Below, in pieces: positions 59,707-64,000 of a stretch of DNA of 64,000 nucleotides; positions within the stretch are counted from its first letter, which is position 1; each line of letters starts with the position of its first letter. The DNA is from Minisyncoccota bacterium (GTDB taxonomy: Bacteria; Patescibacteriota; Minisyncoccia; Phycocordibacterales; GWA1-40-21). Both the position numbers and the translations under genes were made by a program. The notes beneath the pieces were generated by a model, which did no database searches, had not been told where the DNA came from, and was given only the letters and a program-made list of their open reading frames with translations. The DNA is taken from NCBI GenBank assembly GCA_041664585.1, contig JBAYKL010000002.1, positions 88,328 through 152,327 on the forward strand, in the 5' to 3' direction.

Positions 59707-61003
59707 ATTATCCTTAATAAACATAAAAGAAAAATGGAACCACGTTGGATTTCAGAAATATCTAAAAAACACGGGGTGGATGTTTTTGGGTAGGTTTTTT
59801 ACTCTTGGTATTTCTTTTATAGTTGGTATATATATAGCTAGATATTTAGGTCCATCTAACTACGGTTTATTTAATTATGTTGTAAGTTTCGTAGGTCTCT
59901 TTGGTTTTCTGGCTTCTTTTGGTGTTGATAGCATCATTAGTAGAGAAATAATAAAAGACCATGATAAGAAAGATGAACTTATTGGTACGGGATTTTATAT
60001 AAAAGTTGCTGGAAGCATACTGGCAATATTAAGCATATTTATTGTTTCCATATTCACAACAAAAGATCTATTTACTCTCGGACTTATCTGGATATTTTCA
60101 TTAAACTTTATACCTCAAGCCTTTAATATTCTGGAAACATATTTCCAGTCACAAGTACTTTCAAAAAAAGTTGTTACTGCACAAATAATATCAAATATAA
60201 TATCAACAATATTGAAAATAATTGTTGTTTTATTTAATAAAGGAATCTTTTGGTTATCACTTGTCTATATCATTGAAACCTCTATCTATGCCCTACTCTT
60301 ACTTATCTCATTCAAGAAATTCGGTCATCACATTAGTAAATGGAAATTTAATATAAATATTGCAAAATCACTCCTAAAAGATGCCTGGCCATTAATGCTC
60401 TCAACCATTGCGATAGGAATTTTTATGAAAATAGATCAGGTAATGATTAAAAACATGCTAGGAAATGAACAGGCTGGTATCTATGCTGTTGCGGTAAAAC
60501 TTTCAGAGGTTTGGTATTTTATACCAACGATAATCTGCACTTCCCTGTTTCCGTCTATAGTAAACGCCTTAAAGACAAATATTAAAATTTTTGAAAAAAG
60601 AATGAGAAGATTATACTCTTTAATGTTTTGGCTATCTTTTTCTATAGCCTTTCTTACAACGGCTTTATCTGGTCCAATTATAAGGATACTTTTTGGTGAA
60701 GCCTACATTGGATCTATAATAGTGCTTCAAATTTACATCTGGGCCGGTATCGCTGTTTTTCTAGGTATGGCCATAGGTCAATACCTATTAGCATTTAATC
60801 TTACAAAGATACATTTTTATATTAACCTAGCAGGAATGTTATGCAATGTAATTTTAAATTTTATTTTAATACCAAAATTTGGGATCATAGGCGCCGCAGC
60901 AGCAACAACAATATCATATACTTTAGTAACACTCGGCATTTTGGTTTTCAAAAAAACAAGAAATCAGGGGGCATTGATTTTGAAATCAATAATAAATTAT
61001 TAA
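59699..61003 (+). CDS. Wzx-type oligosaccharide flippase
   Basis: Multi-TM; ARYLGP..YG, KIDQVMI, GIYAVA, LIPKFGI.GAA. Confidence 0.88.
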   Translation: MNKLSLINIKEKWNHVGFQKYLKNTGWMFLGRFFTLGISFIVGIYIARYLGPSNYGLFNYVVSFVGLFGFLASFGVDSIISREIIKDHDKKDELIGTGFYIKVAGSILAILSIFIVSIFTTKDLFTLGLIWIFSLNFIPQAFNILETYFQSQVLSKKVVTAQIISNIISTILKIIVVLFNKGIFWLSLVYIIETSIYALLLLISFKKFGHHISKWKFNINIAKSLLKDAWPLMLSTIAIGIFMKIDQVMIKNMLGNEQAGIYAVAVKLSEVWYFIPTIICTSLFPSIVNALKTNIKIFEKRMRRLYSLMFWLSFSIAFLTTALSGPIIRILFGEAYIGSIIVLQIYIWAGIAVFLGMAIGQYLLAFNLTKIHFYINLAGMLCNVILNFILIPKFGIIGAAAATTISYTLVTLGILVFKKTRNQGALILKSIINY

Positions 61004-61010
61004 TAAACGT

Positions 61011-61739
61011 ATGATTAAAAATAAAGATCAATTCATAAATATAAGGTTAAGTGAGTTCCCCGCACTATATCACGTAAGAAAAACCATTTATAATTTTATA
61101 CAAAATCAGTCACAAAAGTTTTCTGGTGATGTCTTGGACCTAGGATGCGGGGAAAAACCTTACAAAGAAACAATCTTAGGATTCCCTCTTGTGAAAAAGT
61201 ACGTTGGACTAGACATAAAAACCGCTATTGTTTACAAGGAGGATGTTAAACCAGACTATTATTGGGACGGGCAAACGATACCCTTTTCTGACAACACCTT
61301 CGATACAATACTTGCTACTGAAGTTCTAGAGCATTGTCCATACCCATCAAAAACAATTTCAGAAATCTTTCGTGTGCTTAAAAAAGATGGGAATTTTGTA
61401 TTTACAGTACCTTTTCTATTCCCCACACACGAAATACCACACGACGAATTCAGGTATACACCCTTTTCTATAACAAGGCTCCTGAAAGAAGCCGGCTTCA
61501 AAAACATTGATGTCGTAGCCAGAGGTGGTTGGCGTGCATCCTTAAGCCAAACGATAGGTTTATTTATATACAACTCTAGAGCAGCAAGCCTGTCGGAAAG
61601 GTTGGTGAGAAAATTAATTAAGCCAATAATTTTAATAATGATGTGGTATTTATATAAAACCGATGTTGTTCCGCAAGATTTAATCAATGAAAAAGAAAAT
61701 ACTCTTTTTACAGGCCTCGCCGGTATAGCAAAAAAGTAA
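61011..61739 (+). CDS. Class I SAM-dependent methyltransferase
   Basis: VLDLGCG.KPY, PF....FD, EVLEH, HE.P.D..R. Confidence 0.88.
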   Translation: MIKNKDQFINIRLSEFPALYHVRKTIYNFIQNQSQKFSGDVLDLGCGEKPYKETILGFPLVKKYVGLDIKTAIVYKEDVKPDYYWDGQTIPFSDNTFDTILATEVLEHCPYPSKTISEIFRVLKKDGNFVFTVPFLFPTHEIPHDEFRYTPFSITRLLKEAGFKNIDVVARGGWRASLSQTIGLFIYNSRAASLSERLVRKLIKPIILIMMWYLYKTDVVPQDLINEKENTLFTGLAGIAKK

Positions 61740-61744
61740 AATAT

Positions 61745-62686
61745 ATGAAAAATATAACAAAAGATACAAAAGTCAGCTCAGAAAAAATAAAACAAATAGA
61801 TGTTATTTTTTCTTCAGATAATAATTATGCCAAACATTTGGGAGTTACCTTATGTTCGATCTTTGCAAACAAATCGAAAGAGTACTCAATAAGTATACAT
61901 GTAATCGATGGGGGTATTTCAAATAAAAACAAAAATAAATTAAAAAATCTAGAAAAAAGATACCTATTTAATATAAACTATATTAATATAAAGTCTAATG
62001 AGTATGAAGATTTATTTACAAGTGATCACATTACAAAAGCTACATATTATAGAATATCTATTCCAAACCTACTAAACAATAAAATAAAAAAAATATTGTA
62101 TTTAGATTGCGACCTAATCGTTTTGGGAGACTTACTCGAGCTATTTGAGAAAAGCGTCGATAATTACTTCATTGGAGCTGTAGAAGAAAAAGTATCTGAT
62201 ACAAAAAAAGATTTGGGAATAGATGAAAAAAAACCATACTTTAATGCTGGAGTTATGTTAATGAACCTTAATAAATGGAGGGAAGCAAACATTTCAGAAA
62301 AAACACTAAGCTTCGCTAGAAAAAATCCAGAAAAAATAAAGCTTTGGGATCAAGATTCATTAAACGCCATCCTTGTAGATAAATGGTTAATTTTAGATAA
62401 TCGATATAACTTTTTAACCTCAGAAATTGAAAGAACCTTATTTAAAAAAACCATTGGAGGCCCCGGACCTTTAGTTGTCCACTATAGTTCTTCGATAAAA
62501 CCTTGGAAATTTAACGGTAAACACCCATATAATGATGAATATTTTTATTATCTTAAAAAAACAGGCTGGAACAGAATTTTTATATATACCCCAAAAATGA
62601 GAAGTGTTATAATAAAGACCATAAAATTAAAAAGGAGTCTAATTAAATTAATTAAGAAGCCAATTAAAAAAATACTTAAAAAATAA
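61745..62686 (+). CDS. Family 8 glycosyltransferase
   Basis: D.NY, YYR, LYLDCD, YFNAGV, DQD.LN, HY...KPW. Confidence 0.92.
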   Translation: MKNITKDTKVSSEKIKQIDVIFSSDNNYAKHLGVTLCSIFANKSKEYSISIHVIDGGISNKNKNKLKNLEKRYLFNINYINIKSNEYEDLFTSDHITKATYYRISIPNLLNNKIKKILYLDCDLIVLGDLLELFEKSVDNYFIGAVEEKVSDTKKDLGIDEKKPYFNAGVMLMNLNKWREANISEKTLSFARKNPEKIKLWDQDSLNAILVDKWLILDNRYNFLTSEIERTLFKKTIGGPGPLVVHYSSSIKPWKFNGKHPYNDEYFYYLKKTGWNRIFIYTPKMRSVIIKTIKLKRSLIKLIKKPIKKILKK

Positions 62687-62688
62687 TA

Positions 62689-63624
62689 ATGAAAACACCA
62701 ATACTTTTTATAATATTCAACCGACCAGGAACAACAAAGGTGGTCTTTGAAGCTATCCGCCAAGCAAAACCATCTAAACTTTTTATTGCAGCAGATGGAC
62801 CAAGAAAAAATAAACCTGGCGAAAAAGAACTTTGTGAAAAAACAAGGAAAATAACAGAAAAAATAGATTGGGAATGTGAAGTTAAAACTTTATTTAGAGA
62901 AGAAAACCTTGGATGTGGAAAGGCTGTGAGTGGAGCAATCAGTTGGTTTTTTGAAAATGTTGAGGAAGGAATAATCCTAGAAGATGACTGCCTACCCCAT
63001 CCATCTTTCTTTAGATTTTGTGAGGAATTATTAGAACGCTACCGTTTTGATGACAAAGTCTTTATGATTTCTGGAAATAATTTCTTGCCAAAAAGCTTGA
63101 GGCCAAAAGGAAGCTACTACTTTTCACAATTACCACACATCTGGGGTTGGGCCACGTGGAAACGGGCCTGGCAAAAATATGATTTTGATATTAAAGATTT
63201 ACCAGATTTTATAAAAAACAAAGAGATCGAAAAAAAATGGGTTGATAAAAGTATACAAAATTATTGGTTAGAAAACTTCAAAGAAGTTTTCTATCACAAT
63301 CTAGACACTTGGGATTATCAGCTAGTTTATAACATGTGGAAAAATAAGAGTATTTCCATAGCACCAAATGTAAACCTAGTATCAAACATTGGTTTCGGCA
63401 CCAGTGGAACACACACGCTAAACAAAAACGATCCTTCTGCAAATTTGCCATCAGAGGAAATTAGCTTCCCTATCATATTAAATAACCCTAGCACATTAGA
63501 AATGTGTGATGACTATGAAAATAGACATATTCGTCATAAAAACTACCGTATTAAATTGATATTAAAAAAACTTGGTTTATTTAATACAGCAAAAAAATTA
63601 TACTTAGTAATGAATAAAGCATAA
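62689..63624 (+). CDS. Nucleotide-diphospho-sugar transferase (GT-A fold)
   Basis: FNRP, ADGPR, NLGC, IILEDD, WGWATW, WDYQ, NIGFG. Confidence 0.85.
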   Translation: MKTPILFIIFNRPGTTKVVFEAIRQAKPSKLFIAADGPRKNKPGEKELCEKTRKITEKIDWECEVKTLFREENLGCGKAVSGAISWFFENVEEGIILEDDCLPHPSFFRFCEELLERYRFDDKVFMISGNNFLPKSLRPKGSYYFSQLPHIWGWATWKRAWQKYDFDIKDLPDFIKNKEIEKKWVDKSIQNYWLENFKEVFYHNLDTWDYQLVYNMWKNKSISIAPNVNLVSNIGFGTSGTHTLNKNDPSANLPSEEISFPIILNNPSTLEMCDDYENRHIRHKNYRIKLILKKLGLFNTAKKLYLVMNKA

Positions 63625-63691
63625 TACGACAAAGGGATTACAAAATCTGCTAAGAAATTAATTGAATTTATAAGCATAACAAAATAACAAT

Positions 63692-64000
63692 ATGAAAATT
63701 AAAAAGATACTACGTGGAATCAAAAACAGAATAATCAAGTACAAAACTAAAATAACAACTAAGCCAATATGGATTTACATAAAAGATGGGCCGCTAAAAG
63801 ACGGATTTATACTTATAAATAAAAATCTGCATGATGGATGGTCTAAAATGGAAAATGGAACATACGATAAATTTATATATGATTTCTTATCAAGCAATAA
63901 TATTCTAGGAAGTACCGTGTGGGATGTTGGCGCCCACTTTGGATATCATGCATTATCTTTTGCCAAATTGGTAGGATCAAATGGAAGAGTTGTAACTTTT
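63692..64000 (+). CDS. FkbM family methyltransferase (3' end outside window)
   Basis: Manual translation from ATG 63692: ...GTYD...VWDVGAHFGYHALSFAKLVGSNGRVVTF, open to the window end. Confidence 0.85.
   Translation, partial: MKIKKILRGIKNRIIKYKTKITTKPIWIYIKDGPLKDGFILINKNLHDGWSKMENGTYDKFIYDFLSSNNILGSTVWDVGAHFGYHALSFAKLVGSNGRVVTF

Overview
AT-rich bacterial chromosome segment. Gene content and domain losses (short PheS/EF-Ts/Obg, TGS-less ThrS, sortase plus VPYTG substrate, CARDB/LamG surface proteins, fermentative ppdK/xfp/ackA/fba/gpmI/eno) fit a Patescibacteria (CPR, Parcubacteria-like) genome using standard code 11; this taxonomic call is an inference. Most of the window is housekeeping (typA, rnhB, dnaE, thrS, gyrB, pheST, tsf, rpsB, prfA, rpmE, rplY, gatB, obgE, secA, murB, tRNA-Thr) and it ends in a surface-glycan locus (gmd, fcl, galE, flippase, glycosyl- and methyltransferases). 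I found no CRISPR, prophage or IS. The most unusual signals are: (1) PheT carries an NlpC/P60 Cys-His domain inserted in B5 and is translationally coupled to a C39-like peptidase; (2) two adjacent, separately promoted small RNAs upstream of murB have bipartite mutual complementarity; (3) a stand-alone structured ncRNA of about 180 nt follows ppdK; (4) a minimal T-box precedes thrS; (5) orphan genes have strong Shine-Dalgarno sites while core genes are SD-less and often near-leaderless; (6) there is an unannotated 38-aa Lys-rich microprotein. All functional calls come from motif recognition by eye, with no database searches.
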